Virus record (IMG/VR): IMGVR_UViG_3300042887_005324
Location: 64,001-128,000 of that record
Origin: a virus
DNA: 64,000 bases
Reading direction: 5' to 3' (one strand)
Shown here: piece after piece, positions 22,301 to 31,253 of the stretch
Numbering within the stretch: the first letter of the stretch is position 1
How the letters are laid out: each line of letters begins with the position of its first letter
The notes under the pieces: generated by a model
What the model was told of the DNA's origin: nothing
The model's database searches: none
The model's input: the letters and a program-made list of their open reading frames with translations, nothing else
Position numbers and translations under genes: made by a program

Positions 22301-25022
22301 AATATCTAGATGCGGTTGAACTTAATATTGAAGGTACCAATTTAATTATCTCTGAAACTTCGGTATTAACTTCTATGTTTGAATAAGTAACTATGTCGGT
22401 TCGATGTAGTGAATCAGAACTCGTTGTTAAATCATAAAATTTAAAAGTAGTACTAAATTCAACTTTATTTGCATCATTCATTGATGTATAATAAGCAAAG
22501 GTTTTCTCAGAGTCTTTATAATAATCCATCCAACTAAGTTCACCCGTCTTACTTGTGAAAGTAAAAGATGAAGTACCTGAGTTCAATAGGTTTACTTGTG
22601 ATTGAGTTAGAGTAATTGAATCAGGAACTCTATAGTTACCATTATCATCAAAAAAGTTAAGTTTTGAAGCGATATCATAATCTAAAAATACCATTCTAGA
22701 CTTGATTCTTTCGTTGAAAGTTGGATCTAATTCATAAAAATTAGATGATAAATAATCATTTGTTTTTAACAAAGCGTTATTTCCAGCTAAATATAAATTG
22801 GTGTCAGAAGACAGTAAAATATTTGGATATAAATCAACGACTTCACTTACACTCACTGATATCATATTACTTACTGTACTTGTTAATTTAGTAAAATCAC
22901 TTAGATTGAATTGATAGACCTTGTCTGACGCAAAATACCCATACTGTGTATTTTTATTTCTTTCAACTACTCTTAGATCACTATAATTTTGTGAGAATGA
23001 AGCATATACAAACTGTTGTTGACTTGGTGTGAAAATACTATTCACATCATAACAAACTAAATTATTATAATTACTCGCTAAAAGAATTAAACTTCCTTCA
23101 ACTGGTTGCATTTTAAATTCTTTATTCGATTGAATAATACCTGGGTTAATACCATCAGTCAAACCATCATAGTCATAAAAAATTTGTGCTGAAACGGTAA
23201 AACTATCGATTGAGATATTTCCATTAGTTAAAGGTAATGAACATGTGAAAACTAATTTCTCATAAGTTGTTGATGCCTGTATATAATGATAAAAGTCATA
23301 TGTTGTATCCTGAGCAGGTGCTATGTTGAAATTAGAATTTGTATATACAATTGATCCACTCTGTTCAATCTCTAAAGCTATCATAAGTTGAGATTGATTA
23401 CTAAATGTTGAATTACTAAAATATTTGTTATCAATTGTGATTTGTAAAGTCTCACCCATCAAACTATAATTGAAATACAAATTATTTGCAAAATCCACAG
23501 AAGTCAGATCATCAACATAAGAAGAAGACTTAATATTTGTCCAATTTGTTAGTGTCATTGAATTGATATCTTCAAATAACACAACTTCATCTATTTCATC
23601 TATTTTTTTGATTATTTTTCTCTTATATGCAATCCAATTATTTAGTGAATATGAAAGCTCTAAGAACACACCATTATCACCAGCAACATAAGCTTGATTA
23701 TAATTTGCATATATAACCTTATTATAAGAGTAATTATCAAATTGGCTAAAAGTTAACTTTGACCAGTTTAATCCTCCATCATTTGTATAGTAGATAGTAT
23801 TGTAGTCACCAACTGCTAAACCATTCAAGTCTTGATAGAAAGAAATGGATGTAAAATTAGAAGTTTCATCAATTAAAATTCTTTTAATTGAATAGTCGAC
23901 TTTAGAAATTCTCAAAATTGTACCTTCATCACCACAAGACCAATAATATTTAGTAGTTTCAGTAATTGATCTTAAATTGACTTTATATTTATTTGAAATA
24001 ACACTTGAATTACTATAAGTAAAGGATGAATTTAATTTATCTTGGTTATTTATAATTATTCCAAACTCACCAACTGCGATTGTTCTCTGAGGGACTGAAA
24101 ATGTAAATCCAGTGTTTACATCATAAAAACTTTGAGTTGCATGATTGATTATATCATAATAATTAATGTCATAGACATTATTATAATCTACCCTATTTCT
24201 TAAAACCCAGTTATGATTTTCTTTAAATTCAATGTTTTGATTTTCAGAAATTAATGGATAATAACCATTCTTCAGTCTAGATAGATGAAATTGTTTTTCA
24301 CGATTTGTAGTACCTAGTTTTACAGCTACACTATATCTGTATGCATCTTCATATAAGTCTAAATCTGCGGTTTTGACTAAAGTGTTATTTGTATATTCAT
24401 AAATACCATTTTGGTTATTATAATAAAAATATGTTATGTTTGTGCCATCATTATCAACCTCATAGTAATTTGAAGTCAAAATAGTGTTAGTAAAATACTC
24501 TTCTGCATCTACTGAAACAGATAAAACAATCTCAGTTGTCTGATTTTTAACAAGTACTCTATGACCTTCTAATAATACAACATCGTCAATTTGAAGTCCT
24601 ACTACTTGTTGTCCTAAATTTGTTAAAGAAACTGTTGTAGCAGCGTCTACATATAAATAGTTTTTAAGCTGGTCTTTAATTAATTTTGTAGGAGTGAATA
24701 GGTTTTTAATTGTAAAGGCATTCTCTTTTAGATATTTAGTATAAATTTCATCTGAATTGCTAGAATCTATTTGAAGTTGAGGACCAAGTGCAGGAGGATT
24801 TAATATTGAACCAGGAAAATTTGGATAATAACCAATTTTTGTAAATTTCATTACATCATAGATATCATCTAAGTTGTTGATTGGTAGATATGTTGAACCA
24901 CTCAAACATTTAGAATAAAGCTTAACTTTGTCTAAATCTTGTTTTAGACTATCATAGTAATCTTTATTTAAGGTCTCTTTTTGGTTTGACCATTTACCGG
25001 TGTCAACATTTCTTGTAAACAT
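19320..25022 (-). CDS. giant virion protein: fibre-type N-terminal domain, BNR/YCF48-like propeller blades, C-terminal WxxGx pentapeptide repeats
   Basis: RVLVKNQT..NGIY; AVGEFG, SCGDEG, AVGDYNTIYYTNDGGLNWS; WYSGIWRCGRWFGGTWYSGRW repeats. Confidence 0.65.
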   Translation of the reverse strand: MFTRNVDTGKWSNQKETLNKDYYDSLKQDLDKVKLYSKCLSGSTYLPINNLDDIYDVMKFTKIGYYPNFPGSILNPPALGPQLQIDSSNSDEIYTKYLKENAFTIKNLFTPTKLIKDQLKNYLYVDAATTVSLTNLGQQVVGLQIDDVVLLEGHRVLVKNQTTEIVLSVSVDAEEYFTNTILTSNYYEVDNDGTNITYFYYNNQNGIYEYTNNTLVKTADLDLYEDAYRYSVAVKLGTTNREKQFHLSRLKNGYYPLISENQNIEFKENHNWVLRNRVDYNNVYDINYYDIINHATQSFYDVNTGFTFSVPQRTIAVGEFGIIINNQDKLNSSFTYSNSSVISNKYKVNLRSITETTKYYWSCGDEGTILRISKVDYSIKRILIDETSNFTSISFYQDLNGLAVGDYNTIYYTNDGGLNWSKLTFSQFDNYSYNKVIYANYNQAYVAGDNGVFLELSYSLNNWIAYKRKIIKKIDEIDEVVLFEDINSMTLTNWTNIKSSSYVDDLTSVDFANNLYFNYSLMGETLQITIDNKYFSNSTFSNQSQLMIALEIEQSGSIVYTNSNFNIAPAQDTTYDFYHYIQASTTYEKLVFTCSLPLTNGNISIDSFTVSAQIFYDYDGLTDGINPGIIQSNKEFKMQPVEGSLILLASNYNNLVCYDVNSIFTPSQQQFVYASFSQNYSDLRVVERNKNTQYGYFASDKVYQFNLSDFTKLTSTVSNMISVSVSEVVDLYPNILLSSDTNLYLAGNNALLKTNDYLSSNFYELDPTFNERIKSRMVFLDYDIASKLNFFDDNGNYRVPDSITLTQSQVNLLNSGTSSFTFTSKTGELSWMDYYKDSEKTFAYYTSMNDANKVEFSTTFKFYDLTTSSDSLHRTDIVTYSNIEVNTEVSEIIKLVPSILSSTASRYFQNSTPIASNFLPTNNSSSQPYKIWAYRDILVFSQTFDITSNNIDTLPQVGDIVRLTSDVIDCNLLINRIEVFEYTTSNSTTRLRMSAGQFPPVTINTTKRYDVYMYCYSEFNETIIKNLTKSTAVISLTYLNRYTSSDTLISNLDNHFLGLAYKFEISDNDLIITPRFNNKTAYYNLQARFNLISQSSNFTSDLSYKESFLDFGYSPTYNIFDYLNKVDPDIFTSDKIFSILPEFTNLVGNDSNTFTDSNIFVDPSVGVQTGTYSWYRNGTNQLIFGSDYKNHWDSLLLHTFVDITFRSTTDGDVINTRLLITNKYYDSNLGGYVMEFHRKFELPGSFSVFELDIRSRNELLEISQDLQLLNNIQRTQKNKTVQYLNTFSTLENELKTKFSTDSYFKALVSDYSIRKYISSIIYVDYDYQLSMNILNLEKELVYNVTSVDSSSSYWNGYDEPIKGEPNRLILNIGENELQPGDLIYLISGTSSVFNLSNVLGLQTVISNEGPTKISTSKYYYSFDYLGEVDNVQVKFIKKDPFFNYQNIDLFNLGVDKNVTRSIEIMPENFKLTGSTYSLVDLDLTKYKFEFVDGLSLDEVNQNFSWLLEAEISNAVIGRDKNGLVWYSGIWRCGRWFGGTWYSGRWVSGDWYEGTWKSYNTKYKVISVEVDTSYIDNTASRWFNGRWFDGTWEGGTWYNGRRYAGDWNTGNWYNGIWNDGLWKDGNFEGGVWVQGTWEKGIFNCNSKPAYWLYGTFKSGDFENGIWYNGLFGNDQQILTRFGTKASNSRTANWHGGRWVDGEFHSFLNVDSESGETLVSDIHKYSIWRTGIWLKGKFYGGIAYNVDFRSGDWLGGILEEIQVIGVNQIYPNTSSTNSIVLNGIFKFNTGDIIWIIDDYTDQAYANLGNNENPLSYRIIQILEDSVLERTTLYLNYDLSQLGVDNTIGSIDNVGYETGLRVVSHFKGAHWYSGIWTNGIFDGDQFDSGIWYNGVFKSGSWGN

Positions 25023-25025
25023 AAA

Positions 25026-25241
25026 TTACTTTTTTACTTTTAAATTCCAAATAGCACTCTTTGAATCTAAGTCTACTTTTTCTCTAATTATAGAAACTTT
25101 AGACTTTTTTAGAACTTCTTTAATCTCATCTATGAACTTATCATATTTATAAATGTTTTCAATATACTCAGCAATATCAATTCTAAACTCTGAATCTTCA
25201 GAGAATATCAAATCATATATTAGTTGTTCTTTAGTTTTCAT
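25026..25241 (-). CDS. small hypothetical protein (start revised to MKTKEQ)
   Basis: ATG at 25241 follows the AATATATA motif at 25253-25260; the longer track start overlaps phoH. Confidence 0.7.
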   Translation of the reverse strand: MKTKEQLIYDLIFSEDSEFRIDIAEYIENIYKYDKFIDEIKEVLKKSKVSIIREKVDLDSKSAIWNLKVKK

Positions 25242-25313
25242 ACCTAATGTATTATATATTAAAAAGAACAATTCCATCATAAGGGAAAAATAATTTATTA
25301 ATAAATAAATCCG

Positions 25314-26081
25314 ATGGGAACAACAAATAAACAAAAACAAACTGGAAGAAAAGAACTCGAAATCGAAGCTCTTGAACTTCTCAAACAAAGAGAACTAAAC
25401 TCTCAGAAAAAAGGTAGACTAACTAAACAAGAGCTTGATTCAAAAAGAATTGAATTAACTCCTAAGCAATTAGAACTATACAAAGGTATTAGACACAACA
25501 CTTTAACTGTTTGTCAAGGACCGGCTGGTTCTTCAAAAACTTTCACAGCTTGTTACACAGCTTTAGCACTTTTAGCTGATAAAAAAGTAGACCAAATTAT
25601 TTTAACTAAGCCAATTCAAGAAAGTGGTGAGAATTTAGGTTTTTTACCTGGAACTAAAGAAGAAAAAGTAGATCCATTTATGAAATCTTATAGTTCTAAC
25701 TTTGAAAAAATAATCGGTAAGCCTACATTTCAATGGATGGTATCAAATAACGAGATAGTAGTTGAGCCATTAGCTTATATGAGAGGTACAACTTACGATA
25801 ACGCAATTATGATTTTAGATGAAGCTCAAAACTGTACTATGACACAACTAATGCTTTGGGTAACAAGATTAGGTAAAGATTCTAAGGCAATAATGATGGG
25901 TGATGTTTCTCAATATGATATTAAGAAAAAAGACTCAAGATTTTTAGAATTTATAAATCTTATTAGTGATGTAGAACAAGTTCATAACTTTAGATTTGGT
26001 GTTGAGGATATAGTAAGAAATAAATTTCTTATTGATATTGTTAACAAGTATGAGAAATGGAAATTTGATAATAATATTTAA
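25314..26081 (+). CDS. phoH: PhoH-family ATPase
   Basis: GPAGSSKT, LGFLPG, PLAYMRG, LDEAQN, GDVSQYD, DIVRN. Confidence 0.93.
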   Translation: MGTTNKQKQTGRKELEIEALELLKQRELNSQKKGRLTKQELDSKRIELTPKQLELYKGIRHNTLTVCQGPAGSSKTFTACYTALALLADKKVDQIILTKPIQESGENLGFLPGTKEEKVDPFMKSYSSNFEKIIGKPTFQWMVSNNEIVVEPLAYMRGTTYDNAIMILDEAQNCTMTQLMLWVTRLGKDSKAIMMGDVSQYDIKKKDSRFLEFINLISDVEQVHNFRFGVEDIVRNKFLIDIVNKYEKWKFDNNI

Positions 26082-27059
26082 TTACCAATTATCTTCTTCT
26101 ACTGATTCATTATCTTCTACTGACTCTAAACTACCATTAGCTTGAACTAAAGTGAATTGATAATTAGGTGAATTTATATCATTTCTAAGAAATCCTTTGT
26201 TTAGATCAAAATAAGGAAAGGTGTCTAAGTAAGGATAGTAATTGAAGTTATACTGTTGAAGCTTTATCTTACATTTTATTACTGTTCTTTCATTATCAAC
26301 ATCGAAAAATTGGTGTGATTTGGCTGATTGCTCCCATTTAGTGATATAACCATTTTCTTTTGCCCATTTTTTAAACAAATGAACATCAGAATCAAAAACA
26401 CTGTAGATTCTATCCATTACTTTTATATTAGATAAACCTTTAGATTGGAATCTATCATCAGACGAAATAACACTAACATCATCCCAAAGTAGAGCTCTTG
26501 ATCTAACTTTTTCTTCTCCATTTTGTTTAGTAATCAAACAAAGCATTTTGATTGGATTGTTAGAATACATTTGTAGATAACTTTGTCTTTTGGCGTATCG
26601 CATACAAGAATTCCAAAGTGTGCCAATATAATTTCCATCTGGAGCAAAATAGTTTTCATCTAAATACCACTTCTTAATTTCTTCTCCTTCTACAATTCTG
26701 AATTCTAATTCACTTGTATCAAACCAAGCTTTGTATTTATTTACAAAGTTCTCAATAGCACGGCTATCAATATTGTGTTCTAATATTAGTTTATCTGGAA
26801 TAAGTTTTTGAACAAGTCGGCCAATCTTCATTTGAGCTCTTCCTTTTGCTGTGAAAGGATCTAACTCACCATCTTTTAATTTATTTTCTGGTAAATAAGA
26901 AATTAAATCAGCCTTATCTGTTGGTGCAAGAAAGTCAATGCCTGGTTCGGTATTAATATTTAGCAATATCAAACAAATAATGTTGTGATTCATACTTAAA
27001 AAATCATAGAAACTTTTCTCTACTGTTAAGTTTCGATTTATTCTTACCATGTCTGTCAT
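26082..27059 (-). CDS. conserved phage protein (SCM...RALLW...MDRIY...YPYLDT type)
   Basis: 325 aa ORF; motifs recur in phage proteins found next to M28-like peptidases. Confidence 0.6.
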   Translation of the reverse strand: MTDMVRINRNLTVEKSFYDFLSMNHNIICLILLNINTEPGIDFLAPTDKADLISYLPENKLKDGELDPFTAKGRAQMKIGRLVQKLIPDKLILEHNIDSRAIENFVNKYKAWFDTSELEFRIVEGEEIKKWYLDENYFAPDGNYIGTLWNSCMRYAKRQSYLQMYSNNPIKMLCLITKQNGEEKVRSRALLWDDVSVISSDDRFQSKGLSNIKVMDRIYSVFDSDVHLFKKWAKENGYITKWEQSAKSHQFFDVDNERTVIKCKIKLQQYNFNYYPYLDTFPYFDLNKGFLRNDINSPNYQFTLVQANGSLESVEDNESVEEDNW

Positions 27060-27079
27060 AAAAAATTAATATATATTAG

Positions 27080-27292
27080 ATGAATTTTATTTTAGAGTTT
27101 AAAAGTTTTTATAAGCCAGGTGATTTAGTATTAATAAAATACTGGTATAACCGTATGGTAACACCAGTGAGAATTGTTGAAAAAAAAGGAAATAAGTTTT
27201 TAATTTCACACGATGTTGAATCTTCTAAAATTAGAAACGCTCCTGATGAATTAATCAAAAACTCTGAAATCATATCTCCGTATAGAAATTAA
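27080..27292 (+). CDS. small SH3/KOW-like hypothetical protein
   Basis: YKPGDLVLI pattern; AATATATA motif upstream. Confidence 0.55.
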   Translation: MNFILEFKSFYKPGDLVLIKYWYNRMVTPVRIVEKKGNKFLISHDVESSKIRNAPDELIKNSEIISPYRN

Positions 27293-28407
27293 GATAAATG
27301 AAAAATAATATCATCATAGAAGGCTTGATCTTTAGGATCATTCATATCTAAGTATTGTTCTTTAATAATCTCAAAGTCTTGAACAGTCAATTTATCATCG
27401 AACAACATCTGTTTTAAAGACTCATAATAAAACTTTGTTTCTCTTTGTGAAAAACTATCAGTAATATCGTTTTCGAGTGTATCTAAATAAATCTTTTGTG
27501 GTTTATTTTTTACAGTTTTCCACTTACTCTTAGGAGTTTCATCATACCAATCATCATAGTCACGAAAGGCTCTTGAAGAAAGCTTTCTACTTGTTCCACT
27601 TCTTGAAGAAAAACGACCAGTTGGATGATAACTATCATAAGTAGAATATTCACTTTTATAATAGTTTTTATATTCTTTATTCTTAGTATCTCTTTCAGTT
27701 GGTAGATTTTCCCAATCAATTTTAACAGAAGCATTACAAAGTTTCACTAAGTGTGCTAAATCTTGATGTTCTTCGTGTGTATGTTCTTTGTAATAACCAA
27801 CAGAGATATTTGTACATTCTGAAATAACACCAGTAAACTCAGCTGAGTCAGTATAAACACCAGTATCGTCTGGTGCCATCATCATACCATTACTATTATA
27901 CTGTTTTGCTAGTTCATTTGCAAATTTATCAGAACAACATCTTTGAGAAGATTGATAAGTAATAATAGAACCAGTACCTCTTCTATCAAAAGAAATCATT
28001 CTATTATAGTTCTTAAACAAATCATCTTTAGAAGCTGCACTTGAACCAATACATCCAACTTCTTCTCCGATGAAAAAACAATAAAGACCTGGAACATTTT
28101 TCTCTATCATATAAAGTAAGACTGTCATACCAGCTTTATCGTCAGCTCCTAAAATACTCTTACCATTTGTTCTGATATAATTTTTATCAAAAACATGAGT
28201 CACATTTACTTGAGCTTTACAAGCAGTATCTAAGTGACAAGTAAAAGCTGTTTTACTTTCGCCAATTTTATAGTAATAGTTTCCGTGTTCGTCTTTGAAA
28301 TATCCTTTTGGTAGAAAAATCTCTAATTCTTCTTCATAACCATAAGGAAAGGTTTTCATCGTAAGTGCCAGAAAAGTTTCTTTAATTTTCATTAGGTTAA
28401 TATTCAT
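27289..28407 (-). CDS. M28/M20-family Zn-dependent peptidase-like protein
   Basis: HLDT, LGADDKAG, EEVG, FDRRG, YTDS and EH metal-ligand motifs; start revised to ATG 28407 (or 28392). Confidence 0.8.
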   Translation of the reverse strand: MNINLMKIKETFLALTMKTFPYGYEEELEIFLPKGYFKDEHGNYYYKIGESKTAFTCHLDTACKAQVNVTHVFDKNYIRTNGKSILGADDKAGMTVLLYMIEKNVPGLYCFFIGEEVGCIGSSAASKDDLFKNYNRMISFDRRGTGSIITYQSSQRCCSDKFANELAKQYNSNGMMMAPDDTGVYTDSAEFTGVISECTNISVGYYKEHTHEEHQDLAHLVKLCNASVKIDWENLPTERDTKNKEYKNYYKSEYSTYDSYHPTGRFSSRSGTSRKLSSRAFRDYDDWYDETPKSKWKTVKNKPQKIYLDTLENDITDSFSQRETKFYYESLKQMLFDDKLTVQDFEIIKEQYLDMNDPKDQAFYDDIIFHLS

Positions 28408-28413
28408 TATATA

Positions 28414-28445
28414 CAAATATAAGGTAAAAATCTGAAATATCCAAA
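28414..28445 (-). promoter_or_regulatory. Bacteroidota primary-sigma type promoter (TTTG-N20-TATATTTG)
   Basis: Matches the -33 TTTG / -7 TAnnTTTG consensus. Confidence 0.7.
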
Positions 28446-28498
28446 TTTGTCAGTATTTATTGGTTTTTTTCAGAAATTCAAATATAAACAAAAAATAT

Positions 28499-29257
28499 TT
28501 ATTTTAATTTAAATTTTAATTTTAATTCTTTTATTAAATGTGGATGAGCCCATTTTTCATCTAAAATATCAACTTCTACGACCTGTTTGTTGGGTATTAG
28601 GTTGTGTTTCAATTGATAATGATCACCTATAGATGTTGGATCAGATGGTTTATTAACTCTAAAAATACTTCCATCTTCAAGTTGAATAAATAAGGTTCCT
28701 TTTTTATACTTAAATTTGTTGCCATTATTATATTCTATTTCAACATCTTCTTTAACTTTCCAGCCTTTTACTTCATATTTTTTGGAATCAGGGTTATTAT
28801 CACTAAATAATTTATCAAGTTTGAAACTTCTATATTCCATTTGATTCATTACATATAATGGTTTTATTCTCCACTCACAAACACTATTCTTAGACAAGTG
28901 ACATTTAAGAGCCGCCTCATTTGCTTGATGTATTGAATGATATATTTTGTGATTCCAATATGTAGTCCATCCATACCATTCACCTTTATTGTCTTTCCAT
29001 CTTACTTCTAAAGTATATCCATAAGGATTTATATCATCAGCGACAGCTTGACATTTAAAATGAATTGATTCTTCTATTGCCCAATTTTTACCATTAACTG
29101 TGTAATAGTGTTTTGGAGTTACTAATTTTTCTGTGGATGTTCCGGTGATCTCTTTGAAAGAGTTGAGATCTGTGTTTGAATGTGTTTGATAACCTGAGTT
29201 GATATCTTGTCTGGTTAAATTGACAAGTTGAGAATTTTGTGAATTAATCTACATCAT
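28499..29257 (-). CDS. 252-codon gene with in-frame amber (TAG) at codon 3; candidate read-through gene (or pseudogene)
   Basis: ATG ATG TAG ATT AAT... at 29257-29243, in frame with track ORF 28499..28897; about 117 extra open codons with no ATG/GTG/TTG; own AATATATA motif at 29276-29283. Confidence 0.7.
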
Positions 29258-29293
29258 ATTTTTTATTTTTATTTTTATATATTATAAAATTTG

Positions 29294-29374
29294 TGCTTCC
29301 AGGAGGGCACGATCCCCTTTCCTCTGAGGTTAGAATTCAGATTATCCCCACGGATAATTTAAGGATCTGAAAGC
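29294..29374 (-). tRNA. non-canonical tRNA-like RNA with CUA anticodon (putative amber suppressor)
   Basis: Acceptor GCTTTCA(G)/(C)TGGAAGC-A; anticodon arm TCTGA-A-TT[CTA]AC-C-TCAGA; T-like arm GGGG-ATCGTGC-CCTC; tandem with tRNA-CAU and shares its ..GCACAA 3' trailer. Confidence 0.6.
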
Positions 29375-29381
29375 AATTTTG

Positions 29382-29454
29382 TGCGCCCTACTGGGATCGA
29401 ACCAGTGACCCGCTGATTATGAGTCAGCCGCTCTAACCTCTGAGCTAAAAGCGC
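29382..29454 (-). tRNA. tRNA with CAU anticodon (probably Ile2, lysidine type; otherwise elongator Met)
   Basis: GCGCTTT-TAGCTCAGAGGTTAGAGC-GGCTGACT[CAT]AATCAGC-...GGTTCGATCC-..AGGGCGC-A canonical cloverleaf. Confidence 0.92.
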
Positions 29455-29482
29455 TAATTTTTAACAGTTGAGTTTATATTTA

Positions 29483-29512
29483 CAAATATAAAAAGAGTTT
29501 GTTAATTAACAA
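29483..29512 (-). promoter_or_regulatory. Bacteroidota-type promoter driving the tRNA pair
   Basis: TTG-N19-TATATTTG. Confidence 0.65.
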
Positions 29513-29660
29513 GTTTTTTTTCATATTTTGTTCAAAACAAAGAATTATCTAACCAATATATAAATTAGCTGTTCGTCAATCTTATGTCGAGTGTTCAAAG
29601 TGACACTTTTAAGAGTTTGAAAAGACTCAAAGATATAGGACTAAAATAAAAGGAATAACT

Positions 29661-30626
29661 ATGAAAGTTAAACAAAAAAAAGGCACTAATTTGCCTAGTG
29701 CCTTTATTGTAAATCCAAAAGATAAAGGCAGAAAATCAATCAAAGGAGATAAAATCTATCTCGATAATAATCAAGAATTTGAAATCGAAATCTTTAATCC
29801 TCTAAAAGAATCTGTCTTAGCAGATATTCGTTTGAACGGTAATTCAATTTCAAAGACTGGTCTTGTAATAAAACCAGGTCAACGAGTTTACTTAGATTGT
29901 TTTGTTGATGATAGAAAGAAATTCATATTTCAGACTTATCAAGTTGACGATAATCAAGAATCTATTGATGCTACTGCTGACAATGGCTTATTAGAAGTAT
30001 TTTTCTATAAAGAACAAGCAGTTACTCTCAAAGATTGGAATGATAGATTTCATAAGATCGTGGTTCATGAATACTATCCTGTCTATACAAGATGGTATTC
30101 AAATCCATATTATATCCCGTATTATGGAACAACGCTCACCACTACAAATGTAGTAAATAGTATATACACAACAAATGGTAGTAACACACTTACCGTTGGT
30201 AATTCAAATGTTTCATATTCATCAAACTTTAATGGAAGTTTGACCTCTGGGAGTTTATCATCAAACACTGCTTATTACAATTCACCTGTAGCTGGTTCTT
30301 TTGAAACCGGTAGAGTTGAAAAAGGTGAAAAATCTAATCAGAAATTTGTAGATGTCGATATGGAATTTGAAAAGAACTACATACACCATCTTGTATATCA
30401 AATTCTTCCGAGTTCAAGAAAACCAAAGGATATTAACGATATCTCAAAGTCTAAGAAGATTATGGAGAAACTAAAATCAAATAAGCCACAATTAAATGAT
30501 ATCTTAAAAAGAGAGTCAGAAGATGTAATCGAACTAATTAAAAAACTAGCTGACTTACACTCAGCAGGTATATTAACAGATGAAGAGTTTTCAGATAAAA
30601 AGTCTGAATTACTTAGTAAAATCTAA
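29661..30626 (+). CDS. hypothetical protein with C-terminal SHOCT domain
   Basis: IKKLADLHSAGILTDEEFSDKKSELL matches the SHOCT pattern. Confidence 0.75.
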   Translation: MKVKQKKGTNLPSAFIVNPKDKGRKSIKGDKIYLDNNQEFEIEIFNPLKESVLADIRLNGNSISKTGLVIKPGQRVYLDCFVDDRKKFIFQTYQVDDNQESIDATADNGLLEVFFYKEQAVTLKDWNDRFHKIVVHEYYPVYTRWYSNPYYIPYYGTTLTTTNVVNSIYTTNGSNTLTVGNSNVSYSSNFNGSLTSGSLSSNTAYYNSPVAGSFETGRVEKGEKSNQKFVDVDMEFEKNYIHHLVYQILPSSRKPKDINDISKSKKIMEKLKSNKPQLNDILKRESEDVIELIKKLADLHSAGILTDEEFSDKKSELLSKI

Positions 30627-30650
30627 AGACAATAAAACGAACAGCTAAGA

Positions 30651-30678
30651 AAAGAGACTAAAATAGTCTCTTTTTTTT
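30651..30678 (+). terminator. intrinsic terminator
   Basis: AAAGAGACTA-AAA-TAGTCTCTTTTTTTT. Confidence 0.8.
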
Positions 30679-30689
30679 ATATATACTAT

Positions 30690-31253
30690 ATGATTAAAAA
30701 TTGGTCAAAATTTAATGAATCCACATCTGAAGATTTCACGGAAGAAATGGCTCAAGAAATTCTTTATTTTTTTGGTGAGGACTCACAAGTATCTAAAGAT
30801 GGAGAGTTAAATTTCAATGAGATTTATAAAAAGTACAATTTAGAACATATAGTCTTTTATGAGACTAGTTATGATGAAATGAAGGAATTCACACAATATC
30901 TACTTAATAAATCCAAAGAAGATACAAATCTTAAACAGGAGCTAATTGAATTATATAATAAAATTCGGCAAAAAATGAATATGTTTCCTGAAGTTTATCA
31001 AATTGAAGATATGTATTTGAGTATAATTGAAGAATTAAATTATGATTTCTATTTAAATGTCAATTCAATAAGAAAAGAGATTGAAATTAGACTAACAAGA
31101 TGGAATGAATCAGAATTGAGTGAGTTTATAGAAACTTGTAAAATAGTTGAAGGTACACTCAAAAGATTGGAAAGTGATAAATATAAGACTAAACTAAAAT
31201 CTTGTGAATTACATAGTAGTTATACTCAATTTAAAATTGAATTAAAAGCATGA
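30690..31253 (+). CDS. acidic hypothetical protein, capsid-targeting-like leader
   Basis: MIKNWSKFNES N-terminus. Confidence 0.7.
   Translation: MIKNWSKFNESTSEDFTEEMAQEILYFFGEDSQVSKDGELNFNEIYKKYNLEHIVFYETSYDEMKEFTQYLLNKSKEDTNLKQELIELYNKIRQKMNMFPEVYQIEDMYLSIIEELNYDFYLNVNSIRKEIEIRLTRWNESELSEFIETCKIVEGTLKRLESDKYKTKLKSCELHSSYTQFKIELKA

Noticed and set aside
28499-28897. Track ORF starting at TTG (MSKNSV)
   Set aside because: The frame extends 120 codons upstream to ATG-ATG-TAG, which has its own promoter motif; TTG is probably internal
29321-29340. Reading the tRNA-like anticodon as UCU (Arg)
   Set aside because: That register breaks the anticodon stem; the CTGA/TCAG stem centres CUA
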